Source of the DNA: Phaeosaccion multiseriatum
Taxonomy: Eukaryota > Protista > Ochrophyta, other classes
Length of the DNA: 64,000 bases
NCBI GenBank assembly: GCA_965112735.1
Contig: OZ218950.1
Coordinates: forward strand, 3,286,001 to 3,350,000
Direction: 5' to 3'
How positions within the stretch are numbered: the stretch's first letter is position 1; every line of letters starts with the position of its first letter. Made by a program: the position numbers and the translations under genes. This document shows positions 33,570 through 47,141 of this stretch, in pieces. The notes under the pieces are model-generated. The model was not told the DNA's origin, made no database searches, and saw only the letters and a program-made list of their open reading frames with translations.

Positions 33570-35146
33570 ATGGGACCAAATAGCAATAAGAGGGGGGGTG
33601 GAGCAAAGCCTGCGGGGCCTGCGAGAGCAAGGTTCTCTAACTGGAAGCCACCCTCCAAAGACAAGCCGAAGGCGAAACCAGCAGGAGGAGGAAGGGGAGG
33701 AGGCCGCGGAGGTGGAGGCGGGGGTCGCGGGGGAGGGGGTGGGGGAAGGGATGGCGGGGGGAGAGGAGGAGGAAGGGGGGGCGGAGGAGGAGGCAGGGGG
33801 GGAGGAGGGGGGACGAAGCCCTCGGGGGCCCTTGTCGCGTCACTGAAGGACGCAGTGGAGCGAGGAGCGACCACAGGCATGACGGTGGCATCCACGGAGG
33901 TAAGGGTCGGGAGGAGAGTATAGCACGGGCCTTCATTGGAGGGAGGACCATACAGGCCTCGAGAAGTTATTTTTTTTTTGTTGTTCCAGACCAGCTTAGG
34001 TGTCCGCATTCCTTCATCGCCTCTTTCTCTTCCTCCTCCTCGCTGACTGCCCCCCTCCCCAACTCCCCCTGTCTTAGGCGGGCACCGCGCTGCTCAAGAA
34101 GGTGGGCGACTTGGCCGCGTTGGAGGAGATCAAAATTCCAGAGAAGGAGTGGCAGCACGTCTTCGCCTTGCTCAAGGGAATGGGCATGTTTACCGGAGAC
34201 GATGATGACACCGACGGCGACGGGCAGGGGGGCGGGGACGGAGGCAGGGGTGTCGAGGACAGTAGCAGGGGCGACGGAAAGGCTATTACGAGCGGTGTTC
34301 GGGCTGAAGAAGAGCAGCAGCAGCAGCAGCAGCAGCAGGAAGCCAACGACGCTGTCAAGGATTCGGCGCTGTTTGCCTACCTCACCTCGCACATGAGTTT
34401 CGAGGCCAAGCACGCGGTGGAGGCCCTCTCGGCCACCTCTGGGGAGGACCTGGGGGAGGCGCTGGACTATCTGTGCCTGCACTTGGGGGAGAAGGAGCTG
34501 CAGAGGGGGTTTCAGAAGAAGAGCGTGTCCCTCAAGCAGGGGGAGAAGCAGAAGGCGATACAGCTCATGAAGGAGCAGCAGAGCAAGCAAGAGCAACAGA
34601 GAAAACAGGATATTAACAGTGGGAGCAGCAACAGCAAAGGAGACAAGGCGGCAAAGAGCCATAGCAGTGGCGGCGGGAAACAGCAACAGCAGCAACAGCA
34701 GAGAAAGGCGGTAGTGGTCAAGAAGCCCGCCGCCGTAGAGCTTGTTGACGTGGACCGGCTGGACTTCGCCGGGAGGAATAGGGAGATGACGCTGCTGCGC
34801 CTGGGCTTCAGCCAGAGAGAGGTGGCCGCCGCCCTGGCCCCTTCGTCGTCATCCCCACCTGCAGCGTCTACATCTGGCGACGTACTGGATGATGACATGC
34901 TGCTGTGCTATCTGCTGGCAGGGGCGCGTGGACCCCGGGGGGGAAGCGGCAGCCTGAATCGCGTGCCTGCCACTGCTGTGATGCAAGAAGAAGCCTCTGT
35001 GCTTGAGGCCATCCTCGAGGTAAGAGCGGAGAGATGATGACATGAGGTGTGGGCACAGGGTGGGGTTGGGGAGGGGAGGGCCAGCACATTCATTAGAGGG
35101 GAGAAGGGGGGCAGGTGGAGTTCGACGGGAGATGTGATCTCCCCTT

Positions 35147-35179
<33 letters not shown>

Positions 35180-35512
35180 CCCACACACACTTGTCTCTCC
35201 CCCCTCTTGTAACTGTATCTCTCTCACTCTATCCCACAATACTCTCGCCCCTCATCTCTATCTTTCTCTCCCTCTCCCACACACACAATCTACCCTCTCC
35301 CTCCCTCCCTCCTCCCCTCCCTCCCCCCCTCCCTCTCCCTCCGTCTCCAGGGCTCCTTCGTGAAGGTGCACGATCGGCGGTACGAGCTGACCATCGACCT
35401 CGGAATCAGTCAAGAGGACTCCACTTTGGTGGCCCTCTTTCCCTCCGGTGGCGGCAAGACTTATCCCGAAACAGCTCCAGCGCTCCTGCTCATGAACGAC
35501 TCACTTCCGCCG

Positions 35513-35553
<41 letters not shown>

Positions 35554-36154
35554 GGGGTGCGTGTGGGTGCATGGTGTGTGTGGGTGTGCGTGTGGGTGGT
35601 GCGAATGAGGGTATTAAATGTGCATTTCATCTCCAATCTCAATGTCTCAATTATCCTCACGCATCTCCAAACTTGCAATATCTCCCGGCCGTGATTCTGC
35701 CTTGCTCTGTATCCATCCCCTTCACTGCTCCCCATTGTTGTTCTCGTTGCTCGTGTCTGTGCGGCGCTTGCTGTGCTCTCTCCTCTCCGCAGGGGCTCTT
35801 GAGGGTCCTCATGGCGGAGAGTGCCAAGAAGGCGAAGAACCTCACAGGTCAGTCAGGTAGAAGGGTTGATTGAGTGATTGGTTGGTTGGTTGGTTGGTTG
35901 GTTGGTTGATTTGATTTGCTTTGGTTCAGATGGTCAGAGGGTCTCAAAACAACAGGCGACAAACATCATCAGATGAAACGCAAACTCAAGCTCAAAACTC
36001 TCGACCTCAAACTCCAATTGATTCATGGCAGGAGAGGAGCCCTTCGTGTTTGACATTGTGGAATGGCTTCAAGCCAATGCGGAGCGGATTCAGGATACCT
36101 TCCGAGTAGAGGCCAGGGGAAGGGAGCGGGAGCGAGACCTACAAAAAAAGCAGC

Positions 36155-36191
<37 letters not shown>

Positions 36192-36981
36192 ACAAGGGAA
36201 AGACAAGGGGAAGGGGAAAGATGCAGCAAAGAAGGCCACCGCAACAAAGGGCAAGGGGAAGGGAACTAATGACGCTGCCAAACCCACAGCGCCCGTCGAC
36301 GCTAAGCAGGCTCGCCTGGATGCGACTCTACAGAAGCTGGAGGAGCAGAAGGCGAAGGACAGGAGCAGGGAGGACGAGGAGGAGTGGAGGGTTGCCTATG
36401 CCAGGGCGCTCATGTCTTTCCCTCCGGACGAGGCGAGGAGAGAAGCGGACAAGGCTGTGGGAAGAGTCACCAGCGAAACGCCCCCTCCTCCGCCTCCTCC
36501 TCATGCTGTTCCGAAGGCGGTCGTAGCAGGGGGCCCGGGGCAAAAGCAGCAGAGCGGCAGTGTGGGTAAGCCCAAAGCGACAGCAGGAGCAGCAGCAGCA
36601 GGAGGAGGAGGAGGAGGAGCGGCGGAAGCGGAGATGAAGAAGCAAGCCCAGCTGGCGAACGAAAGCTGGGCAGCGCAGATTGGCACCCAGCTGCGCATCA
36701 GCATGCCCCAGGCCCGGGAGCTGTTGGCCGAGGCACAGGAGGGGCACAGGGGCAAGAAGGGCGTCAAGGCGGCAGAGGCCAAGGTGAGAGGCACCAACGA
36801 ACTGAAATTGGGAATTGAAACGCTTGAAGGAAGGAAGAAAGGAGTAAGTAGGAGGGGAGTGGAATAGTGTGCACTCAGCCCTCCCTCTCGTCTCTCTCTG
36901 ATCTCTTCATACTGTGTCCGTTCGGTCCTTTGTTAGGTGGACTGGGTGCGGAGAGCGAGACAGATCCACGAGCTACATCAG

Positions 36982-37025
<44 letters not shown>

Positions 37026-40000
37026 GAATGGAGGAGGCACCAGCAGCACTCTCCACCTCGCCACCACTGAAGGGGACGAACACCTGCTCGCAGAGGTACG
37101 TGCGGTCTCTCTCTTTCTCTCTCCCTGTGGGTGTGTGTTGTGCGTGAGGCGTGAGTGAGGCGTGGGGTTATGTTGAAGGGCAGACGAAAGCATCGAGCCC
37201 TTTCAACTCCTGGTACTGACTACTTCAACTCCTGGTACTGACTACGTTACTTCCTTACGGACTTCCTGCTGCTGCCCCCAGGTGCTCGAGAACACCACCA
37301 CCAAGTACAAGCCCTCGCCACAGATGGCGGACATCGTTAGCTTACTGAGCGAGACGCACGTGTCGCAGCCTTGGCTCAAGGCAGGGGAAGCCAAGGACCT
37401 TCAACTAGGGCCCATTGCGCAGGCGGCGCAGAAGGGCATGGCGTCGGCCTCGGCCTCATCATCCACTGCCATCGGGGGGGCGGGAGGAGGAGGAGGAGGA
37501 GGGAGAGGAGGGGGGGGAAGAGGGAGAGGAAGAGGGGGGGAGGGGAGAGGAGGAAGGGGAGGAAGAGGGGGAGGAGGCGACGTGCTATCCGCCGCGTCGG
37601 AGGAGGGGGGGTGGGGGGGGGAGGAAGCGTACTCGGCCGCTGAGCGCTCTGCTTCCAAAGTATTGCTGGAGGATCTGCATAGACGGAGTGCGCTGCCCGC
37701 TTATCACAAGCTGCTGGAGAAGAGGAGGCAGCTGCCGGCCTTCCAGATGAACGATGAGATTGTAAAGGTAAGTGCGAGGGGGAGGAGGAGGAGGAGGGGG
37801 AGGAGGAGGAGGAGGAGGAGGAGGGAGGGGGAGAGGAAGAGGAGGAGGAAGGCGAGAGAAGAGAGCACCGGGGGGGGGAGGGTGGGGTGTGGGCGGTGGG
37901 GTATATGCTGCCCTAAACATCTCTTCTTAACCACCTTCCTCCCTCCCTCCTTCCCTCCACTGCCCCCCCCCTGCCCCCCCCCCCTCCCTCCTCTTTCCGA
38001 CGAATCCCATCACATCACATTACATCACATCACATACACGGCGTCACAGGCGGTGAGAGAGAACCAAGTGGTGGTCATCTCCGGCGAGACAGGGTGCGGC
38101 AAGACCACCCAAGTGCCTCAACTGGTGCTCGATACCCTCATCGAGGCGGGGGAGGGAGCGCGAGCCAACATGCTGGTCACGCAGCCGCGGCGCATCTCTG
38201 CCATCGGAGTGGGGGAGAGGATTGCGCAGGAGCGGTGTGAGCGTGTGGGAGAGTCCTGTGGGTATCAGATCCGTATGGAGAGTAAGAGGAGTCGAAAGAC
38301 GAGGCTGTTGCTCTGTACGACGGGCATCTTGCTGCGGCGCTTGCAGGTGGATCCTTGGCTGGACACCATCAGCCACATCTTTGTAGACGAGGTGGGTGGG
38401 GAGAGGGAGGGGAGAGGAGAGGGAGGGGAGGGGAGGGGAGAGGGAGGGGAGAGGAGAGGGAGGGGAGAGGAGAGGGAGGGGAGAGGGAGGGGAGAGGGAG
38501 GGGAGAGGAGAGGGAGGGGAGAGGGGAGGGAGGGGAGAGGAGAGGGAGGGGAGAGGAGAGGGAGGGGAGAGGAGAGGGAGAGGAGAGGGAGGGGAGAGGA
38601 GAGTAGGAAGGGTGTCTCCGCTGTGCTGTGAGCTCAGATCGCCATCTGCTGCCATTTTATCTCCCTGTGTGTGGTGCTCACTATTCCCCCGTACTCGCCT
38701 GTCTACCTGTCAACACTCCCTGCTGTGTACCACCAACCCGTGTACTGCTGTATCACCAACAGGTGCACGAGCGTGACCTGGACACAGACTTCCTGTTGAT
38801 CCTGCTGCGCTCTCTGCTCAAGAAGAGGCCCTCCCTCAAGCTTGTGCTGATGAGCGCCACTCTCAACGCCGACATGTTCAGTGTGTACTTCGATCAGGCC
38901 CCCGTCATGTGAGGCAGTGAGGCAGTGAGACTGTGATGTGTGCGCGTGCGTGTGTGGGCTTGATTGAACCTTTGCTTCTGGACAGAGCACCACTCCGGTC
39001 TACCTCGACACCTGCCCTGCCCTGCCCTGCCTAAGTGTCTACCTACCTGTCTGACTTGTCTACCCACCTGCCTACCTGCCATACCATGAACTATCCAATA
39101 CCCAAACATCAACCCCGCAGGTCTATCCCGGGTCGGGCCTTTCCCGTAAAGGCATTCTTCCTTGAGGATGTGCTCGAGCAGACACAGTACCGCATTCCTC
39201 CCAACAGTGACTGCATCAAGAAGAGGGGGGGGGGAGGAGGAGGAGGACGAGGAGGCGGAGGAGGAGGAGGGGGAGGAGGGGCGGAGGGGCCGGCAGAGTT
39301 GACCATGTCGGATATTCGGCGGCTGTATCCCAAGTGCAGTGAGAGCACGAGGGAGGACTTGCTCAAGGTGGATGAGGAGATCATCAACTACCCTGCCATT
39401 GAGGTGAGAGAAGAGGGGGGAGGAAGAGCTGTGAACACTGTCTTTCCACAGAAGATGAGCTGCTGTCCATATGTAGGGTTGTTTCTATGGCTCTTGTTCC
39501 CCCCTAGTCCGTAAGATGTGTCCACATATCCCCCCGTGTTGTGCATTGTGTAGGCTCTGCTGGAGCATATCTGTTACACGTTTGAGAGCGGGGCCATCCT
39601 CGTGTTCCTGCCCGGCCTCATGGAGATCACCAAGCTCTTGGAAGTGCTTCAAGAGAACCCCACCTTCTGCAACCCCAGCCTCACTCGCGTGTTTCCTCTG
39701 CACTCCAGCCTGTCCACCGCCGACCAGAAGGTGAGAGAAGATACGTAAAGAGATTGCGTCACTTTGACTCACCTACACACTCACTCACTCACTCACTCAC
39801 TCACTCTCTCACTCTCTCACTCACTCACTCACTCGCTCACTCTCTCACTCCCACCCACCCACCCCCTCACTCACTCACTCACTCACTCACTCTCACTCAC
39901 TCTCTCACTCACTCACTCACTCACTCACTCACTCACTCACTCTCTCACTCCCACCCACCCACCCCCTCCCTCACTCACTCACTCACTCACTCACTCACTC

Positions 40001-42075
40001 TCTCACTCACTCCCACTCACCCACCCCCTCAGCCACTCACTCACAACCACCCCCTCACCCACCCCCTCACCCACCCACTCACCCACCCACTCTCTCATAC
40101 CCTCCACCCCTCACTCCAATTTCCAATTCTGATTCCGATTCCGATTCCGATGCCTTACTCATCCTCCCATCAAGGCCGTGTTCGAAGTACCTCCCAAGGG
40201 GGTGCGCAAGATCGTGGTGGCCACCAACATCGCAGAGACCTCCATCACCATTGAAGACTGCGTGTTTGTCGTGGACTCGGCGAGAGTGAAGGAGAACAGA
40301 TTCGACCCCAACAATATGATGCCCATGCTGATGGAGTGTTGGGTGGCCAAGGTCGGGTGAGGGAGTGAGGGAGTGAGGGAGTGAGGGAGTGAGGGAGTGA
40401 GGGGGTGAGGGAGTGAGGGGGTGAAGGAGTGAGGGGGTGAGGGAGTGAGGGGGTGAGGGAGTGAGGGAGTGAGGGAGTGAGGGGGTGAGGGAGTGAGGGG
40501 GTGAGGGAGTGAGGGGGTGAGCGGGGGGGGGGTGAGGGGTTAAGGGTGCGAGGGGATCAAACCACCACCCAACCAAACACCAACCAACTGACCACTTGTG
40601 TGTGCTCTCCCCTCGTTAGGCGTCTGCCAAGCAACGTCGAGGTCGAGCGGGTCGTGTGCGGCCCGGGGTATGCTTCCACATGTGCAGCAGCCACACATAC
40701 GAACAGGTGAGGGTGAGGGTTGAGGGTGAGGGTGAGGGTGTGAGTGAGGCTGTGAGTGAGGCTGTGAGTGAGGGTGAGGTGGTGAGGGTGAGGCGCTTCC
40801 CGAGAGCATACAGAGTATAAAGCTTTGAACCAGAACCAAAGAAACAGAACAAGAGAATGTTGACCTTCTTGTTTCTGTGCATGTACAAGAGGTGTCTTGT
40901 CTGATCTCGTGTGGGTAGGTTGGCGCTTCTGCCGTGGGCCACTCGCTCACTCACTCCGTCTGTGGTATGGCTCTTGTTGCCCAAACACGCACACGCACAT
41001 ACACACACGCACGGGCACACACACACACGCACACACACACGCACACACACACACACACACACACACGTCGTCGCCACAATAGACGCTTTCGGAGTACCAA
41101 CTGCCTGAGATGCTCCGAGTGTCACTGGACGACATGATCCTTCAAATCCTGCTGCTGGAGAAGGGCAACCCTGCCGACTTCCTTGCAGAGGCCGTGAATC
41201 CGCCCAGTGCAGAGGGCATCTCCAACAGCATTGAGTACCTCTGCGAGTTGCAGGTGAGGGGGTCAAAGATTAAGAAGAAGAATAAGAAGAAGGAGGAGCA
41301 AGGCCTGGAGGGAGGGTGGTGGGGGGGTACGCTGTGTGGCTGTGTGCGCTGACTGACTTGGAGGGCCGGGGGGAGGGGGGCTGGAAGAGGAAATACCGAA
41401 GTACCTCACAATTCATGAATCTGTGGCGTACGGGTCGGGAGGCAGGGGAAGCTCAAAGCCCTGCTATCTATCTCTCTATCTATCTCTCTATCTATCTATC
41501 TCTCTGTCTATCTATCTATCTCTCTCTCTATCTATCTATCTATCTATCTATCTCTCTCTCTATCTCTCTATCTCTCTCTCTATCTCTCTATCTATCTCTC
41601 TATCTATCTATCTATCTCTCTATCTATCTATCTATCTCTCTATCTATCTATCTATCTATCTCTCTATCTCTCTATCTCTCTATCTATCTATCTCTCTATC
41701 TATCTATCTATCTCTCTATCTATCTCTCTATCTATCTCTCTATCTATCTGTCTATCTATCTGTCTATCTATCTATCTATCTCTCTATCTATCTCTCTATC
41801 TCTCTTATCTATCTCTCTATCTATCTCTCTATCTATCTCTCTATCTATCTCTCTATCTATCTGTCTATCTATCTATCTATCTATCTCTCTATCTATCTCT
41901 CTATCTCTCTATCTATCTATCTCTCTATCTATCTCTCTATCTCTCTATCTATCTCTCTATCTATCTCTCTATCTGTCTATCTATCTATCTATCTCTCTAT
42001 CTATCTCTCTATCTCTCTATCTATCTCTCTATCTATCTCTCTATCTATCTATCTATCTATCTCTCTATCTATCTG

Positions 42076-42106
<31 letters not shown>

Positions 42107-44694
42107 CTCTATCGCCCCTTTTGTGCTTCTTTTCTTTTGGTGTTTACTTGCACCCTTCCAAGGGGCAACCTCTAAACACTTCTCACTTCTCCCCCCCCCC
42201 GACTACCCACCCTGCTGCTGCTGCCCCCCCCTCTCTCAGGCTCTGCAAATGGAGGACGTAGACCCGGACATGGCTGTTGCCAGTGGTAGCGGGGTCAGCA
42301 GCACCTCCACCTCTCGGCCCGTGCTCACCGCCTTAGGGTACCATCTTGCGACCCTGCCTGTGGAGCCAAGGATCGGAAAGATGATGATCTACGGTGGGTG
42401 GGGTGTCTGTGAGGGGAGGAGGGAGGGAGGTAGGGAGAGAGAGAGGGAAGGAAGGGACAGGGAAGGAAGAAACCTCCGGCTGACCACTGCTGTTGTCTTC
42501 TTGGATCGTTCTGCCTGTGCTGCTGCTGGTGCCTTGTGCGTGTGTGCGTGTCTGGGTCCAATCACCGCACGTACTGCAATGCAATGAATGGCACAGGGGC
42601 AATGTTGGGGTGTGTGGGTCCAACCTTGACCATCGCGGCAAGCATGAGCAGCAGGAGCCCTTTTGTGGCGCCCTTCGACAAGCGCGAGGAGGCCGACAAC
42701 GCACGGAGAGAGTTCTCCATGGCCTTCTCAGACCACCTAACGCTGCTCAAGGTGGGTAGGGGTGGGTAGGAGGAGGAGGGGGGGGGGGGGGCGCTAAGCC
42801 ACTTTTGTACTATTGCTGCTTTTATCACCAATGCTGGCGGAGATTGTGTGGTGGTGGTAATAGTAGTGTAGTGGTGGTGATGGTGATGGTGGTCCTGGTG
42901 CTAGTACTACTAATAGTGGTAGATGGGGGAATGGGGGAAACACCCATTTCCCTACCCAGAGAGATCCATGTAGACTTGTAGACATGTAGACACACCCACG
43001 CAGAGAGAGAGAGCGCACGTAAAAGAGGAAAGCTCGCTCACTGCGCTATTGGTCTCTTAGCATATCTCCCCCCCCACCCCCCCACCCCTCCTGCCCTACC
43101 CATTCACCCCCCCCCCCCGTTTCCCCCCCTCTCAGGCATACGACGCGTGGAAGCTTGCCAAGAGCTGCGGTAGTCGAGCTGAGAGGCAATTCCTCAGAGA
43201 CAACTTCCTCTCTTTCCACACCATGCTCAACATTGATCAGATGAGGAAGCAGCTCAAGGACCTTCTCAAAGACATCGGCTTTATTGAGGGGGTGAGTAAG
43301 TGGTGGGGTGGGGTGGATAAGTGAGTGGGTGGGTGGGTGGGTGAGTGGGTGAGAGAGGTGGTGCTCATTCCCTCTTTAAAAATGCAATGAACGAAAGAAA
43401 GAGAAAGTTTTTCTTCTTCCTCCTCCTCCTCGTTCTCCTCCTCACCTCCCTTTGCACTGTTTCTCTCTTTCGTGTCTCTTGCTCTCTTCGCGTGGTCCTT
43501 CAGGGTGGTGGTGGTAGGAGGCATGGCGGGGGGCGCGGGGGAGGGGGAAGAGACAGGGAGAGGGTGGGCGGGCAAGGAGGACAACGACAGGGCGAAGAGG
43601 AAGAGAGAAAGGACGCCACCTCCGATATGAACTCAAGCAACATTCAAGTCATAAAGGTAAGGCGCGAAGGGAGGCAGAGTGTGTGCAGAGGGGCAGAGGT
43701 GGAGAGGGGAGGGAGGGGAGGGAGTTGGACCAGTCCACTGGGCAGTGGAGATGGGGGGAGAGGAGAGGAGGGGAGGGGGCACCCCCACGCGCGGAGAACG
43801 GATCGCCTCTGACTGGCCCGTACGATACCCATCTGCTTCCCCCTCTCTGCCTCCCACGCCTCACCCTACCCTCGCTTCGTTCCGCGCTTGCCAACCACCA
43901 ACCCAACCAACCAACCAACCAACCAACCAACCACCCAACCAACCAACCAACTAACGAACCAACCGCCTAACTACCGACCGACGGACCGGCCGTCCTCCTG
44001 CTTACCAACTGTCCGTGATTGATGCCGGCCATTGCCAACCGTCATCTCTCATCTCTAACTCAGGCGGTGGTGTGTGCGGGCCTGTACCCCTCCATCATGG
44101 TGGCCCCCCCGGAGCTCTGCCCCACCCCGCAGATGAAGCAGACCGCGGCACTCAAGCCGAGAAAGGTGTGTGTGTGTGTGTGTGTGTGCAGTGTATGTGA
44201 ATGTGTACGTATGTTTGGAGTGTCTTATGTACCCATGTGTGTGTGTGTGTGTGCGTGCTTGACGTCTTGTCGAGAGCCCTCTCTCCCTGTTCGGGGCGGA
44301 GGGAGGCAATAGTAGTCCCCGCACTGTACGTTTATACGTTACGTGGGGCTCTGACTCTGCTTTGTACGTCTCGTCAAACTAAATCCCTCCCCTCCCCTCC
44401 CTCCCTTTCGTGTACCACACCACACCACACCACACCACACCACACCACACCGTATGTTTATATGCACCTCCTCCTCCCCCTCCTCCTCCCACTCCTCCCA
44501 CTCCAGGGCCCTTCCAAGATGGCAGGGGAGGTATCCTTCTCATCCAAGAAGGGTCCCGTGTACCTCCACCCCTGCACCGCCAACTTCAAGGAGGGGGCCC
44601 TCGACTCGCGCTACGCCGTCTTCCACGAGATGGTCAAGACCAGCAAGGTCCGTTACGTTCGTCCGTAGGGTGCCATCGGGCCGTCGGTGCATTG

Positions 44695-44726
<32 letters not shown>

Positions 44727-44952
44727 GCCTGCCTGTCTGTCAGTTTGTCGAGTACCATTTCATGTTCAGATTGGAGGATCATAGCCGAGGGGGCGGGGTG
44801 TGCTATTTTGCTTTTCGTCCCCTCTGTCTGACTCATTCGCTCTCACTCTCTCTCACTCTCACTCTCACTCTCTTCCCCTCAACCCTCCTCTCTCTTCCTC
44901 TCACTCTCACTCTCTTTCCCTCTGTCCTCCTCTCTCTTCCTCTCCATCTCTC

Positions 44953-44991
<39 letters not shown>

Positions 44992-46612
44992 TCGCTCAGG
45001 TGTACATCCGAGACTGCTCTACGGTGTCCGGTCTCACGCTGCTGCTTTTCGGAGGGAGGCTTGCCATCTATCACGCACATCACGTCATCAGCGTTGACAA
45101 GTGGCTGCACTTCAGAGCCACGGGCAGGTGGGTAAGGAGGGAGTTAGAGAGAAAGAGAGAGATAAGAGGGGGGTTGTATCGGATGACACGCACATACGGG
45201 AGAGAGACAGAGGCAGATGATTGCCGCCGTATGTTCGTGGCTCTCTCTCTCACTCTCTATCTCTTCCCTACCTTCCCTACTACCTTCCCCGTGGCTGAAA
45301 TGCTCCACCTCCTCTGGTACTTTGCTCCCTCAGAACGGCAAGTCTGACCAATCTCTCTTCTCTTTCTCGCCCTCTCTTTCTTGCCCTCTCTCTCCTTGTC
45401 TCTCTCCCTTTGTCGCTCCCTCTCCCCCCCCCCCCCCCCTCTCTCTCTCTCTCCCTCTCCCTCAGGACGGCAACATTAATCAAGTACCTGCGGCTCGAGA
45501 TGGAGCGTATGTTGCTCGCCAAGATCATCAACCCGGGGGAGGTGAGTGGGAGGAAGGGATGTAATCTGACCTGATCCTCCTTCTGTTGCTGCTGCTACTG
45601 CTGCCACTGCTGCTGGTGCTGCTACTTGCTGCTGTTGCTACTGTTGCTGCTTTCCCTTCTTTGCCTACCCTCTTACTTCTACCATCCCGGTGCCCCTATT
45701 CCCCAACCCCCCACACACAACGTACGTGTCTATGAACCGCTCGCTCCCTCCCTCCCTCCCTCCCTCCCCATGTCCCTGTGTCCCTCCCTCTCTTTGCCCC
45801 TACCTCATCTCCTTTAGGGCTTGAGCGATGACGCAGGGAAAGTGATTGAGGCAGTGAGGCTTCTGCTGGACATTACCGCCCCGGGGGGGAAGCCCCAACA
45901 CTACTCGCACGACCTCCTCGCCGCGGAAGTGGTGGGCATCCGGCAAGGAGCGGGAGGGGTCGTCAACGATGGGGGTTATCAGGGTCAGGGTCAGGGGCAG
46001 GGTCAGGGCCAATGGCAGGGTCAGCAGCAGGGTCAGCAGCAGGGTCAGCAGCAGCAGGGTCAGGGTCAGGGCCAAGGGCAGGGGCAGGCCCAGGCAAGCA
46101 CGCGGGTTGCTGTGCTTCAGCGGCGTGAGGCAGAGGAAGAGCAAGCAGCTCGCAATGCTGCCGAGATGAGTGCACAGCTAGGGCGGGGTGGAGGCGGAGG
46201 AGGAGGAGGAGGAAGGAGACAGCAGCACCAGCAGTCATATGGGCAACAGCAGTCGTCCTATGGGCATCACCAGCATCAGCAGGAGGGGTATGGGCACAAA
46301 TCATCTCATACGGTGCAGGGGGTCACGGATAGCGACTTGTTTAAGGAGCTACGCGTGGTGGAGGCGGCAGAGGTCATGAAGGTAGGGGGCAAGGATGACC
46401 AACGCATCAGAGCCATGCCTGCCCCTATTGGAGGGGGAGGAGGAGGGGGGGCTGTGCCTCTTTCTATGGGAGGAGGAGGGGGACGAGGAGGAGGAGGGGG
46501 AGCAAGCAGTCAACCCCAAGGTGGACCCTATGGTCAGCAAGGGGGGAGAGGAGGTGGGGGGAGGGGGGGTGGCAGAGGGGGGAGAGGAGGGAGAGGAGGA
46601 GGCAGAAGATAA
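33570..46612 (+). CDS. DExH-box RNA helicase, DHX57/DHX36/DHX29 (RHA) group, with UBA-like, RWD, HA2 and OB-fold domains and RGG-rich ends; about 20 exons
   Basis: Motifs [25 protein letters not shown]|[81 protein letters not shown] and VYLHP. RWD-like [10 protein letters not shown]...YPETAP. Confidence 0.95.
39770..40110. repeat. (TCAC)n/(CCAC)n intronic microsatellite
   Basis: Read directly; the same unit occurs at ~660-770 and ~1740-1825. Confidence 0.95.
40356..40520. repeat. (GAGGGAGT/GAGGGGGT)n octamer array at an intron 5' end
   Basis: Read directly. Confidence 0.95.
41465..42112. repeat. ~650-bp compound (TCTA)n/(TC)n microsatellite in a helicase intron
   Basis: Read directly; it produces the spurious SIYL ORFs. 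Confidence 0.97.
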
Positions 46613-46803
46613 GCTGAACCCTCCGTGTCCGGTGTCTATTCATATGCACCTCTGGTGCCATCTGTGAGACGAGAACCAGTGGAAGCACGGTGGATGGTTG
46701 GACCGAAAGAGAGAAAAGAGCCTCCCTTCTCTTCCCCTCCCGCCTTCCGTGGCCGTCAAACACTTGAACTTACTTTTGGCTTTTATTTTATCACTCGATT
46801 TGC

Positions 46804-47010
46804 GTGAGAATCGCCCAAATCGCCCGTTTTGTTTTTTAGGGAGCGGGCGGCAAGTGCTCCTGCGGACATGCTGAAAACTAGGGAAGGAAGGAAGGAAGTG
46901 TCGAAAGACAAGAGACTAGGTGCCTGTAGGCACCTCAAAGAGCTACACGAAGAGCTATAGCGCTTCTCCCAGCGTCATTATTTATCGGGGGCGATTTGGG
47001 CGATTCTTAC
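46804..47010. mobile_element. MITE-like element between convergent genes
   Basis: GTGAGAATCGCCCAAATCGCCC (46804-46825) and GGGCGATTTGGGCGATTCTTAC (46989-47010) are 21/22 inverted identical. The TSD was not resolved. Confidence 0.75.
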
Positions 47011-47141
47011 CCAATTCAATTAATTCTGCAGTGAGTTGAGCAGACATGAAAAAAGAGGTTCGAAGATCAGAGTCTGAAGGTCAGAGTCTGAAGGTCAAAG
47101 TCTAAAGGGATGAAGGCAGATATGATCCTAAAATATATGGA

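Noticed and set aside
37202-37245. 22-bp tandem duplication TTCAACTCCTGGTACTGACTAC
   Set aside because: A simple intronic slippage duplication; a similar 14-bp case lies at ~47068-47095.
41316-42587. 423-aa and 250-aa SIYL-repeat ORFs
   Set aside because: They are translations of an intronic TCTA/TC microsatellite; only ~42240-42393 is a helicase exon.
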